Assembly (NCBI GenBank): GCA_016202815.1
Contig: JACQNZ010000008.1
Location: forward strand, 33,932-97,931
DNA from: Candidatus Aenigmatarchaeota archaeon
GTDB taxonomy: Archaea; Aenigmatarchaeota; Aenigmatarchaeia; JACPZZ01
DNA: 64,000 nt
Direction of reading: 5' to 3'
Shown here: piece by piece, positions 46,955 to 56,710 of the stretch
Position numbering within the stretch: the stretch's first letter is position 1
Layout of the letters: every line of letters starts with the position of its first letter
The notes under the pieces: generated by a model
Database searches by the model: none
Told to the model about the DNA's origin: nothing
Seen by the model: only the letters and a program-made list of their open reading frames with translations
Made by a program: the position numbers and the translations under genes

Positions 46955-47836
46955 CTAAATCCAGCCGAATTTTCTGAATGCCAATATCGCAGCAACCACC
47001 AGCATGACTTCGATTGCAATCACTGCCGGGTACGCCCATGGAAGCTGGAGTTCGGGCATGTTCGGGAGGTTCATGCCGTAATGGCTGGCCACCAGGTTTG
47101 GAAGCATGATTATCACGGTTAATGCTGTAAGTTTCCTGACCACGTCGTTTAATTTTTCTATCCTCTCGTTCAATTCCCGTGTTACCTGCACCTCACGCTC
47201 GCGGGCGATTTCCCTGAGCATGCTGAACCGGTTCCTGCACCTGTCCAGCAGGTAGCTGCATTCGGCCTCCAGCACGCCGTAATCGAAGGAAAGGTACGCA
47301 GTCTCCATTTCTTTCAGGTGGGATTGCTCCAGCTTTATCATTATGTCCTTTAGCTGCTCGATCAGGTCGTAAAGCCGGCCCAGTTTGAGGCTGAGACTCC
47401 TGTATTTTCTCGAGTCAAACGATTTCTCCATGCCTTCAAGCATCTGTATCAGCGAATCAAGTGTAAGTGTGTAACGTGTTACTGTGCGGCCAAGCACTAG
47501 GAAAGTTATGGAGGTGCTCTTGCCGTACGGCTTGTGGTAAAACTCCTCGAACGGCTTCATGTCCTGCTCTGGAAACGATTCGTCCGTGTACACTATGACC
47601 CTGTCAGAATTCAGGACGAGCATGTTGCTGGACCTTTTCTTGTCAAAGTTGCGTATGCTTATTATCAGGCGGTTGTCGACAACTTCCATGAAATTGGCGT
47701 TCAGTGTGAGCAGCGAAGAAATGTCATGCGTCATGCCCGCGTCCCGGACAGCCTTGGAAAACAGCTTGAAATCCTGGTATATCTCTATGCCTTCGAATGG
47801 GTCCTTTTTCTGTTCAGAGCCGCCAGCCTCGGCCAT
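46955..47836 (-). CDS. corA: CorA-family Mg2+ transporter
   Basis: C-terminal YGMN..MPEL..W with two TMs. Confidence 0.88.
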   Translation of the reverse strand: MAEAGGSEQKKDPFEGIEIYQDFKLFSKAVRDAGMTHDISSLLTLNANFMEVVDNRLIISIRNFDKKRSSNMLVLNSDRVIVYTDESFPEQDMKPFEEFYHKPYGKSTSITFLVLGRTVTRYTLTLDSLIQMLEGMEKSFDSRKYRSLSLKLGRLYDLIEQLKDIMIKLEQSHLKEMETAYLSFDYGVLEAECSYLLDRCRNRFSMLREIAREREVQVTRELNERIEKLNDVVRKLTALTVIIMLPNLVASHYGMNLPNMPELQLPWAYPAVIAIEVMLVVAAILAFRKFGWI

Positions 47837-47937
47837 GATCAGTATAGGCAGAAAGCGTATTTAAAGCGTCCGTTTCTTTTTTATCCCGATTGGGCGGCAA
47901 AAAGGAAAGTTAATAACAAGGCGGGCAAATTATTCTT

Positions 47938-50268
47938 ATGCCGTGGACAATGTCACTGGACAAGATCGATAAAAACAGCGTCCCGCTGGCAGGCGGCAAG
48001 GCCGCAAACCTGGGCGAAATGATTTCGATAAAACTGCCGGTACCGAAAGGATTTGTCGTAACAACCGATTCTTATCTTGCTTTTGTTTCTGAGAACCGTC
48101 TGCAGCAGCGAATAGACGGAATAGTAGGCGGCATTGACGTGGAAGACAGCGACAACCTCGTGGCAGCATCTGCGGAGATACAGAAAATGGTCATGGCTGC
48201 GCCAATTCCCGCTGCCATTGAAAACGACATAGTCGCATCTTATAGGGCTTTGTATATGGCCGACGAACTGCGGGAAATAAGCGGCAAAGCCCTGGATTTC
48301 ATCCGCGTTGGCCGCGACCAGCTACCTGTCGCAGTCCGTTCATCGGCTGTGGCCGAAGATTCGTCCGCAAATTCTTTCGCAGGCCAGATGGTGTCCATAC
48401 TGAATGTGACCGGGCCCAAGCAGCTGCTGGAAAGCGTCAAGCGCTGCTGGGCCTCGCTGTACGAGCCGCGCGCGATATTCTACCACAAAAACAGCAACGT
48501 AAAAATGCAGGCGATAGCCGTTATTGTGCAAAGGCTGATAAATGCGGACAAGGCCGGCGTAATGTTCACAGCAGACCCTGTTAGTTCGGATTCAACGAAA
48601 ATAGTAATCGAAGGCGCGTGGGGTTTGGGCGAGTCCGTAGTGTCCGGTTCGGTAACGCCGGACACTTACACATATGACAGGAACACAAAAAACGTGGAGA
48701 TACAGGTTAATAGGAAAGAAACGATGCGCATACGGGATTTGTTCTCCGGCGACACGAAGTCGCAGGCTGTGTTGCCGGAATTGGTGGAGACGCAAGTGCT
48801 TAGCATGGAAGAAATATCCGAACTGGTTTCGCTCGCGGAAAAAATAGAAGCGCACTACGCCTCGCCGCAGGACATCGAATGGTGCACAGAGCGCAACAAA
48901 CTGTTCATCGTGCAGACCCGTCCGATAACAACGCTGAAAAGGCAGAAGGTCGCGCAGCAGGATATGGGGGACAAGGAGGCCGTTTTGCAGGGCTCGCCGG
49001 CATCGCCCGGACTGGTGACAGGCTCGGTGAAAAAAATAGGCGGCATATCGGAATTTTCAAAACTGTCCAGGGGGGACATAATCGTTGCTCCAATGACGAC
49101 GCCGGACATGGTACCTATAATGAAAAAAGCGTCGGCGATAGTTACGGACACCGGTGGTTTGACAAGCCATGCAGCGATCGTATCGAGAGAATTAGGCATA
49201 CCATGCGTTGTCGGAACGCGCGACGCGACACGCAAGTTGCATGACGGCGACATAATCACAGTCGATGCGACGTCGGGTAAAATTTACATGGGCGTTGTTG
49301 GCGAACCCGAAAAAAACCCGGCGGGAAAAGCATCAGACAGCGAAAAAGAATATTCAACGCTGGTAACCGCGACAAAAATAAAGGTTAACCTGGCATTTCC
49401 CGAGCGCGCGCACGAGGCCGTTAACTCTGACGGCATCGGCCTGCTACGCGCCGAACACATGCTCACCGAAAGCGGGGAACACCCTATGCATTTGGCAAAA
49501 GAAAAACCGGACGAATTAACCAGCATGATTATGGAAAAACTCGGGTCTATTGCGAAAGCCCTGCACCCCAAGCCCGTATGGTATAGGTCGCTGGACGCGC
49601 GCACGGACGAGTTTAAGAATTTGATAGGCGGCAGCGACGAACCGACCGAAGCAAACCCGATGCTCGGCTCACACGGCATAAGAAGAAGCCTCGTCCAGCA
49701 GGAAATTTTGGTGTGCGAACTGAACGCAATAAAATCCCTGCACGAACAGGGGTTAACGAATATTCACCTGATGATACCGTTCATCGCATACGTTGACGAA
49801 TTTACCAGAGTAAAACAATTGGCAGAGCAGCTCGGCCTCCCGAAAACCGTGAAAATCGGCATAATGGTCGAACTGCCGTCAGCTGCGCTGACAATAGACG
49901 ATTTCTGCAAAGCCGGCATAGAATTTGCATCGTTCGGCAGCAACGACCTGACGCAGCTTGTTCTGGGCGTTGATCGCAACAACGAATCGATCTCCGGGTT
50001 GTACAGGGAAAATAATCCGGCTGTGCTGAAATTGATAGAGTACGTTATCGGCCGCTGCGCAAATTACGGAGTGGAGACATCGATATGCGGCGAAGCGCCG
50101 TCCCGCGATGACGATTTAGTCGGAAAATTAGTGGAGTATGGGATAAGTTCCATCTCAGTCGAATTGGACGCGTTCGATCATGTAAAGGAAGTCGTCGCCC
50201 GCAAGGAGCGCGAAATTGTTTTGAAAAAATCCGTCATTAACGAATATTCGAAAAGCGGCGGGCTTTAA
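47938..50268 (+). CDS. ppsA: Phosphoenolpyruvate synthase
   Basis: GGKAANLGEM, AVRSSA, TSHAAIVSRE, GSNDLTQ and SICGE. Confidence 0.95.
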   Translation: MPWTMSLDKIDKNSVPLAGGKAANLGEMISIKLPVPKGFVVTTDSYLAFVSENRLQQRIDGIVGGIDVEDSDNLVAASAEIQKMVMAAPIPAAIENDIVASYRALYMADELREISGKALDFIRVGRDQLPVAVRSSAVAEDSSANSFAGQMVSILNVTGPKQLLESVKRCWASLYEPRAIFYHKNSNVKMQAIAVIVQRLINADKAGVMFTADPVSSDSTKIVIEGAWGLGESVVSGSVTPDTYTYDRNTKNVEIQVNRKETMRIRDLFSGDTKSQAVLPELVETQVLSMEEISELVSLAEKIEAHYASPQDIEWCTERNKLFIVQTRPITTLKRQKVAQQDMGDKEAVLQGSPASPGLVTGSVKKIGGISEFSKLSRGDIIVAPMTTPDMVPIMKKASAIVTDTGGLTSHAAIVSRELGIPCVVGTRDATRKLHDGDIITVDATSGKIYMGVVGEPEKNPAGKASDSEKEYSTLVTATKIKVNLAFPERAHEAVNSDGIGLLRAEHMLTESGEHPMHLAKEKPDELTSMIMEKLGSIAKALHPKPVWYRSLDARTDEFKNLIGGSDEPTEANPMLGSHGIRRSLVQQEILVCELNAIKSLHEQGLTNIHLMIPFIAYVDEFTRVKQLAEQLGLPKTVKIGIMVELPSAALTIDDFCKAGIEFASFGSNDLTQLVLGVDRNNESISGLYRENNPAVLKLIEYVIGRCANYGVETSICGEAPSRDDDLVGKLVEYGISSISVELDAFDHVKEVVARKEREIVLKKSVINEYSKSGGL

Positions 50269-50470
50269 ACAGGAAGCCCGGCACCGCGTTTGTACCCGCC
50301 GTTATGCGCGTGCCTTTCCAGTTCTTCGGCCTGTTTTACCATGTCATTTAAACGATAAGTGAGGCGCTTCTCCAGCACAGGATCGCTGACATCGGTGAGT
50401 GCATCTCGAAGGCGATTTATCCGCCTGCCCAATAAACTTATGTAACCCGGGTCGTTGTGCGAATAATAAG

Positions 50471-50920
50471 TCACGGTATCACGTCCGCAAGGCGCCAAAT
50501 TGACGGATACAATTCGTCAAGCTCGGGTGCGAATTTCCTTCTAAGCGAAATCAGTCTGCTCCTGTAACCGTTCGTTTCCCTGGCGGCGGGCTCGGCAACC
50601 ATGCCGAAAACAAATTCCACGTCGCCGATTATTTCCGCGTAATCGCCGCCAGACAGCCTCAAGCCAGGACCAATCACGATGGCATCGGCGACCTTTCCCA
50701 GCTTCTTGTCCCGTGTGAGTATCAGCGCCTGCAGCCTGGCAGCTTCCTTCATGATATCCTGGTCTGGTATGGAAGAAAAACCAAGCGCCCTGGCAACGTA
50801 AAATCCTCTGCCGGCCAGTTCTGTCCCAAGCCTTTCAGCCGAGACGCACTGGTCGAGAACAATGGCGGGAGAAGGGTAGCCGGCATGCGGCGAACCCATG
50901 TAGTGCCATTTTCCCTGCAC
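50471..50920 (-). CDS. Mut7-C/DUF5615 PIN-like protein
   Basis: IVLDQCV...PDQDIM..A....LILTRDK. Confidence 0.65.
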   Translation of the reverse strand: MQGKWHYMGSPHAGYPSPAIVLDQCVSAERLGTELAGRGFYVARALGFSSIPDQDIMKEAARLQALILTRDKKLGKVADAIVIGPGLRLSGGDYAEIIGDVEFVFGMVAEPAARETNGYRSRLISLRRKFAPELDELYPSIWRLADVIP

Positions 50921-51012
50921 AACTCTTATTGAAAGTTTAAAGATTTAAGCTGGTTTGCAATATTTTTTTTGTAAAGCGCTTTATTCATCCCTGTTAGTGA
51001 ACTTTAATATCC

Positions 51013-51288
51013 ATGGAAGAACCCGGTAAAGAATTGAGCATTTATGAAAGAGTAGGATTTTTTAATGCATTCGGGATTACGTTGTCCGCTACCCCTTGGC
51101 GTGCAAAAGCATCAACACCTTTCTACGGATTCTGGGTTTACAGGGACATGATGAAAAGAAGTCGCGACCTTGAAGGCTTGTTAAGGCAGCACGAAGCACG
51201 TTACGGCAATTCTGCAATGTTCAGGCTTTTCCGCCCGAGTTATGGGGCTGCAAGGCGTATCCTAAGAGAAAGATATGAAATAAAATAA
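51013..51288 (+). CDS. Hypothetical protein
   Basis: 91-aa ORF ending 1 nt before the 3' end of tRNA-Leu. Confidence 0.5.
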   Translation: MEEPGKELSIYERVGFFNAFGITLSATPWRAKASTPFYGFWVYRDMMKRSRDLEGLLRQHEARYGNSAMFRLFRPSYGAARRILRERYEIK

Positions 51289-51289
51289 A

Positions 51290-51484
51290 TGCGGGAGGCC
51301 AGAAGTTCGACTGACGCATACATTGTATGCGTCCAGTTTTCGAACTGGCGAAGGGACTAACCCACAGGATTTCTTCACATTGCAATAAGCAATCAGCACT
51401 TAAGCCGTTCAAACCGACATATGCATTGCATATGTCCAGTTCCTCTTAAGTCCTGCGCATTTGGCCAGGCTTTGCTACTCCCGC
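51290..51484 (-). tRNA. tRNA-Leu(TAA) with two introns (anticodon 51371-51444; T-loop 59/60 51304-51338)
   Basis: Acceptor GCGGGAG/CTCCCGC-A, anticodon arm CAGGA-CTTAAG|A-TCCTG, long variable arm, T-arm GCCAG-TTCGAA|T-CTGGC with a canonical BHB. Confidence 0.95.
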
Positions 51485-51596
51485 ACTTACTTAACGTTCT
51501 TAGTCCAATGTTTATATTTTGATAACTGGGCGATTTTTCGCGGAAGTACGTGTTTTATACACATTAAAAGCATAACTGTCAAATAAGTCAGGTGCA

Positions 51597-52841
51597 ATGA
51601 TGGAAATAAGTTTCGCGGGCGCCGCCAGCGAGGTTGGGAGGTCGGCGATAGTAATAGAAAACAAGGAAAAAATACTTCTCGATTACGGGTTGAAATTAAA
51701 CCACAACGAAGAGCCGGAATACCCGTTAAAAGTCAATCCGAACCACGTTTTTATCTCCCACGCGCATCTGGACCATATTGGGGCGGTTCCGTTCTTGAAC
51801 AAGTACGGTTATGTGGGGAATTTCTACGCAACAGATTTGACCATAGACCTGATGCGCGTAATGCTCGAAGATTCCGCCAAAATAGCAAAGATGGAAGGAT
51901 ATAACGTACGGTACAGCAGGAAAGACGTGCGCGACACGCTGAACAAAAGCATAAGCGTGCCTTATCGTAAAACTTTGAATTTCAAGAACTTCAGCGCGTC
52001 TTTTGTCGATGCCGGCCATATTCCAGGCTCGGCGGGCATTGTTATTGAAACGGCTGGCAAGAGAATATTCTACACCGGCGATTTGAGGGTCGCGGATACG
52101 AGGCTGGTGAACGGAATGAAAGAATTTCCCGAGGCCGACGTCCTCGTCATAGAGTCCACATACGCGGAGCGCAGGCACCCGGACAGGCAGGCCGAAGAGA
52201 AAAGATTTTTGGAAGCCGTGCGGGAAACAGTGGAAGGCGGAGGTGTCGCCCTGATACCGGCATTCGCGTTGGGCCGGTCGCAGGAAATGCTGATGATATT
52301 GGAAGGCCTGAAGTATCCTATTTACGTCGACGGAATGGCGCGCGAGGCGACGAGCATAATCAAAAATTACAAATCGTACCTGAAAGACGGAGGCCGATTG
52401 AGCAAGCTATGCAGCAGTGCCGGATTCGTGAAAGACAACCGGCAGCGGGAGCAGATAATAGAAGAGCCTTGCGCAATCGTTACGACCGCCGGATTCGTAC
52501 AGGCCGGTCCTTCAGTATTTTACATACGCCGCCTGTGCCTGCGTAAAAACTCTTCGATATTGATTCCCGGTTTCCAGGTTGACGGGTCGCCGGGCCGCCA
52601 GCTCCTGGAACATAACACATACAATCTGGACGGGGAAAATGTAAACGTCGGGTTGCATGTGGACAAATTTGATTTTTCCGCGCACGGGGACCGCGAAGAA
52701 TTATTGCACACGATAAACAAAGTTAATCCGGAAAAAGTGTTTGTGGTGCACGGCGACAACTGCGAAAAATTCGCGGCCGAATTGAAAGAAATGGGTTTCG
52801 AGGCGCATGCGCCCGAGATCGGAAACAAGTTTTCCGTGTGA
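51597..52841 (+). CDS. MBL/beta-CASP ribonuclease
   Basis: SHAHLDHIG, AGHIPGS, YTGD, ESTY, FSAH and VHG. Confidence 0.92.
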   Translation: MMEISFAGAASEVGRSAIVIENKEKILLDYGLKLNHNEEPEYPLKVNPNHVFISHAHLDHIGAVPFLNKYGYVGNFYATDLTIDLMRVMLEDSAKIAKMEGYNVRYSRKDVRDTLNKSISVPYRKTLNFKNFSASFVDAGHIPGSAGIVIETAGKRIFYTGDLRVADTRLVNGMKEFPEADVLVIESTYAERRHPDRQAEEKRFLEAVRETVEGGGVALIPAFALGRSQEMLMILEGLKYPIYVDGMAREATSIIKNYKSYLKDGGRLSKLCSSAGFVKDNRQREQIIEEPCAIVTTAGFVQAGPSVFYIRRLCLRKNSSILIPGFQVDGSPGRQLLEHNTYNLDGENVNVGLHVDKFDFSAHGDREELLHTINKVNPEKVFVVHGDNCEKFAAELKEMGFEAHAPEIGNKFSV

Positions 52842-52956
52842 TTTGGTACAGGAAAGCTGATTCGTCGATACTGTATAAAATAAACAGAATAAGAAATTGA
52901 AGTGGAAGAATTAAATCTGGACAGTCCTGTAGATATAGTAAAAATCAGTACCGGGT

Positions 52957-54000
52957 TTGCAAATGATTATAGTCCAAGGCGATACGTTGGAAGGTGGAGG
53001 CCAGATACTTCGCACAGCAACAGCGTTGTCGGCGGTGTTGAAAAAACCCTGCAAGATAATCAACATACGCGCCAACCGGCCGACGCCGGGTTTGAAAGAA
53101 CAGCATCTTCAAGGTCTTCTTGCACTTGCTAAGTTGTGCAACGGCTCCGTAAAGAACGCGTTCGTGGGGTCGAAGGAAATAGAATTCTATCCCGGGGATT
53201 CCTTTGAAAGGGAAATTGAAATAAATATAAAGACAGCAGGAGCGATAACGTTGGTGCTTCAGTCGCTGGCAATCGCATCCGCGTTCGGGAAGGATGAAAT
53301 AAAAATAAAAGTCAACGGAGGCGCAACAAACACGGCGTGGTCGCCGCCAATTGATTACACTGAAAATGTTTTTTTCCCGTTATTGGGTGGAATGGGATTC
53401 GGCGCATCGGTGACTGTTAACAGCCGGGGATTCTACCCGAAAGGCGGCGCCGGCGTATTGTGCACGTTGAAGCCGCCGGGAAAATTAAAAGGCCTGCAAG
53501 TGATGGAGAGAGGCGACGTAAAAATTATCAGGGGCGTTTCAGTATGCTCCAACCTCCCGAAGCATGTGTCCGAGCGCCAAAAAATTTCTGCCGAAAAAGC
53601 TCTGAAAGAAGCCGGATACGAAACGGAAATAACGGAAGAGGTCGTAAGTTCAGCTTCTGCCGGGTCCGCCCTGGTTTTGTGGGCAGAATGCGAAAACTCG
53701 GTACTTGGTGCGGACTCATTGGGAGAAATAAAAAAATCCGCCGAAAGCGTGGGAAAAGAGGCGGCGGAAAAAATAATCGGCGAGTTGGAAGGCGGATTTT
53801 CTTTGGACAGGCACGCCGCCGACCAGTTGATCCCTTACATGGCCCTTGCTGACGGAAAATCTTCGGTAACAACAGGAGAAATAACGCAGCATGCGGCTAC
53901 AAACATCGAAATTTGCGAAAAGATGCTGGGCGTAAAATTCACGGCAGAAAAAAACAAAATATATGTGGACGGCGCGTCCGGTTATCACAGAAACGCTTAA
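52957..54000 (+). CDS. rtcA: RNA 3'-terminal phosphate cyclase
   Basis: EGGGQILR, PGLKEQH, GFYPKGG and DRHAADQL. Confidence 0.95.
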   Translation: MQMIIVQGDTLEGGGQILRTATALSAVLKKPCKIINIRANRPTPGLKEQHLQGLLALAKLCNGSVKNAFVGSKEIEFYPGDSFEREIEINIKTAGAITLVLQSLAIASAFGKDEIKIKVNGGATNTAWSPPIDYTENVFFPLLGGMGFGASVTVNSRGFYPKGGAGVLCTLKPPGKLKGLQVMERGDVKIIRGVSVCSNLPKHVSERQKISAEKALKEAGYETEITEEVVSSASAGSALVLWAECENSVLGADSLGEIKKSAESVGKEAAEKIIGELEGGFSLDRHAADQLIPYMALADGKSSVTTGEITQHAATNIEICEKMLGVKFTAEKNKIYVDGASGYHRNA

Positions 54001-54036
54001 ATAGATGCTGCTAGAAAAAAGGAACAAGGTGGTGCT

Positions 54037-54129
54037 GTGTTCGACGATGAGGAAAGCGGTGACGACGAGGACGAATTGGAAGAGGAAGACGAGTTAGAAG
54101 AGGAAACGGACGAAGACGAGGACGAGTAG
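54037..54129 (+). CDS. 30-aa highly acidic micro-protein
   Basis: GTG start after AAGGTGGTG SD; MFDDEESGDDEDELEEEDELEEETDEDEDE. Confidence 0.6.
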   Translation: MFDDEESGDDEDELEEEDELEEETDEDEDE

Positions 54130-54136
54130 CGGTTCA

Positions 54137-55516
54137 TCATTCAATTTTTTTGTTTTTGTTTTTTATTTTCCCATACTCCCAGAGTGCTTTGATAGCCTTG
54201 ACAGCTTTCCTGGGAGTCGGATATGCGGGTATCCCTTCCTTTTCGAGCGCATGCATGTGCAACTGGGTAAAGTTGCCTCCGGCCGAGCATGCGACAACCG
54301 GCTTTTTTTTGTTTTTGTATACCTCCGTTATTGAATCTATCACGTCAGAACCGAGCGTGGATACCTGCATAAGCAGTATCACGAGTATGCAGTCCACGCC
54401 ATCCTCTTTTGCTATTATGTCGAGCGCATCCTTGTAGCGCTTCGTGTCCGCGTCGCCTACAAGGTCCATAGGATTGCGCACATTTACATGAGGCGGCATC
54501 GAATCCCTTAATAATTTTTCGGCGGCCGGAGAAAAAGTTGCAAGCTTCATCCCGCATTCTTCAATGGCATCCGCGGCCAAAACTCCAAACCCGCCGCCGT
54601 TCGTTACTACAGCGATCCTGTTTCCAGCCAGCGGCTTTTGGTAGGCAAGTATCCTGGACAAATCGAACAACTCGTCGACATCGCCGACTTCTATCGCCCC
54701 GCATTGCTTGAAGACTCCGGAAAACACGTTTGCAGAGCCGGCCAATGATCCTGTGTGCGACATCGCGGCCTTCGAGCCCGCCTCGCTCTTGCCGGCTTTC
54801 AGCGCAATGATCGGCTTTTTTTTAGAGACGCGCATGCAGGTTTCTATAAATTTGTGCCCGTCTTCAAGGCCTTCAAGGTAAAGCGCGATTGCCCTGGTGG
54901 TTTCGTCGCTACCAAGATAATCGATAAGTTCGGATTCGCGCAAATCGATACCGTTTCCGTAGGAAACAAATTTTGACATGCCCACGAACTCGGAGTGCGC
55001 CCAGTCCAGGACGGCAGCGCCTAAAGCGCCCGATTGCGAGACGAATGAGATTGGGCCCTTCGACGGCCTGTTTAATTTGTATTGCGGGTTGAATATGGTG
55101 TCAACGCCGCTGTACGTATCCAGTATGCCCAGGCAGTTCGGTCCTACAGCCCGCATTTTATATTTTTTAATAACCTCTCCCAGCCTATTTTCTTTTTCGC
55201 GGTCGCCAACCTCGGAAAAGCCGCTTGTGATGATGACCAGCGATTTGACGCCTTTCTTGCCGCAGTCCTCAACCGTTTCTATCGCGACGTCGGAGGGCAC
55301 GATGATTACGGCGAGGTCCACTTTGTCCTTTATCGAAGAAACCCTCGGGTAACATTTCAATCCCATGATCTCGTCCACCTTGGGGTTTACAGGGTAGATT
55401 TTTCCCTTGAACGTAAGCATGAAATTGTTCAGCACAACGTTGCCGAATTTCTTCGGGTCCCTGCTTGCGCCCACAATTGCCACGGACGAGGGGGAGAAAA
55501 GGCTGCCAAGGTCCAT
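54137..55516 (-). CDS. acdA: Acetate--CoA ligase (ADP-forming) alpha subunit
   Basis: VGAS, GPNCLG, SQSGALG, SHTGSLAG and NPMDL. Confidence 0.92.
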   Translation of the reverse strand: MDLGSLFSPSSVAIVGASRDPKKFGNVVLNNFMLTFKGKIYPVNPKVDEIMGLKCYPRVSSIKDKVDLAVIIVPSDVAIETVEDCGKKGVKSLVIITSGFSEVGDREKENRLGEVIKKYKMRAVGPNCLGILDTYSGVDTIFNPQYKLNRPSKGPISFVSQSGALGAAVLDWAHSEFVGMSKFVSYGNGIDLRESELIDYLGSDETTRAIALYLEGLEDGHKFIETCMRVSKKKPIIALKAGKSEAGSKAAMSHTGSLAGSANVFSGVFKQCGAIEVGDVDELFDLSRILAYQKPLAGNRIAVVTNGGGFGVLAADAIEECGMKLATFSPAAEKLLRDSMPPHVNVRNPMDLVGDADTKRYKDALDIIAKEDGVDCILVILLMQVSTLGSDVIDSITEVYKNKKKPVVACSAGGNFTQLHMHALEKEGIPAYPTPRKAVKAIKALWEYGKIKNKNKKIE

Positions 55517-55546
55517 AATTATAATTTATAAAGCCTATAATTAACT

Positions 55547-56710
55547 ATGTTGCGTGATGTGATTTCAAAGCGCGAGTCCGAACTGCCGCCCAGCTCAATG
55601 TCAACTTTTCTAAAAGTGGCCAGCGAGAACAAAAAAATAATATCGTTGGGGCCGGGTGAGCCGGATTTCCTGCCGCCGGCGAACGTCATCGCGTGCGTGA
55701 AAAGAAACGCATCCAAAACCACGCATTACGCGCCCGTGGAGGGGTTGGCCGAACTTCGCCGCGCTGTGGCAGGAAAATTGCGCAAAGAAAACAGGGTGCG
55801 TGCAAGCGCGGGCAATGTGATAATAACAAACGGCTCAAACGAGTCCATACTGATAGCGCTGATGTGCACAATGGATCCCGGCGAAGAGGTTTTGGTCCCG
55901 GATCCGGGCTTTATGGACTATCGCCCTGTAGTTGAGCTTCTCAACGGTTATCCTGCGCCGTATAGGATATCCGGGGAGGACAATTTCGAATTGGATCCGG
56001 ATTTGATCAGGCAATCCGTAAACAAAGGCAGGACAAAGGTAATCGTAATAAACACGCCGTCAAACCCCACAGGGAACGTACTAAAAAGGAAAACACTGGA
56101 AGAAGTCGCGGACATCGCAGTGGATAACAACCTGCTTGTGATAGCCGATGAAGCATACGAAAAATTCGTATACGGTCGGGCGAAACACGTCTCAATGGCG
56201 TCGCTTAATGGCGTTCAGGATAATGTCGTCACGCTGCAAAGCTTCTCAAAGACTTATGCAATGACAGGCTTCCGAGTCGGTTATTCATCCGGCCCGGAAA
56301 AAATCATCGGCGCAATGAAAAAAGTTCACGTGTACACGTCTATAAGCGCGCCTACTATATCGCAGTTTGCAGCCATCGAGGCCCTTCGGACAGGGAAAAA
56401 TTACGTTGAAAGGGCCCGCAAAGAATATGAACGCCGCGGTGCGTTCCTGCATAAGCGCCTGGGCGAAATGGGGCTAATTTGCGCCGTCCCGGAGGGGGCG
56501 TTCTATCTTTTTCCGAGCATCAGGAACACAGGCATCGGATCTGATAAGTTCTCGCAGTTGATGCTGGAAAAGGCGAAAGTTGCAGTGCTGCCTGGCACGG
56601 AATTCGGCAAATACGGCGAAGGCTATGTGAGGTTAAGCTACGCGACAGCTTATGACAGGATCGTTGAAGCGGCCGACCGGATGGAACGGGTTGTAAAAAA
56701 GTTCAATTAG
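55547..56710 (+). CDS. PLP-dependent aminotransferase class I/II
   Basis: GEPDF, NTPSNPTG, DEAY and SFSKTYAMTGFRVG. Confidence 0.95.
   Translation: MLRDVISKRESELPPSSMSTFLKVASENKKIISLGPGEPDFLPPANVIACVKRNASKTTHYAPVEGLAELRRAVAGKLRKENRVRASAGNVIITNGSNESILIALMCTMDPGEEVLVPDPGFMDYRPVVELLNGYPAPYRISGEDNFELDPDLIRQSVNKGRTKVIVINTPSNPTGNVLKRKTLEEVADIAVDNNLLVIADEAYEKFVYGRAKHVSMASLNGVQDNVVTLQSFSKTYAMTGFRVGYSSGPEKIIGAMKKVHVYTSISAPTISQFAAIEALRTGKNYVERARKEYERRGAFLHKRLGEMGLICAVPEGAFYLFPSIRNTGIGSDKFSQLMLEKAKVAVLPGTEFGKYGEGYVRLSYATAYDRIVEAADRMERVVKKFN

Noticed and set aside
50265..50498. 77-aa ORF overlapping the PIN-like gene, possible frameshifted tail
   Set aside because: No motif evidence to join the two or to call it separately.
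51597..54000. beta-CASP nuclease and rtcA as mobilising machinery for the hairpin elements
   Set aside because: Both are ordinary archaeal RNA-processing genes; adjacency to tRNA-Leu alone is not evidence.
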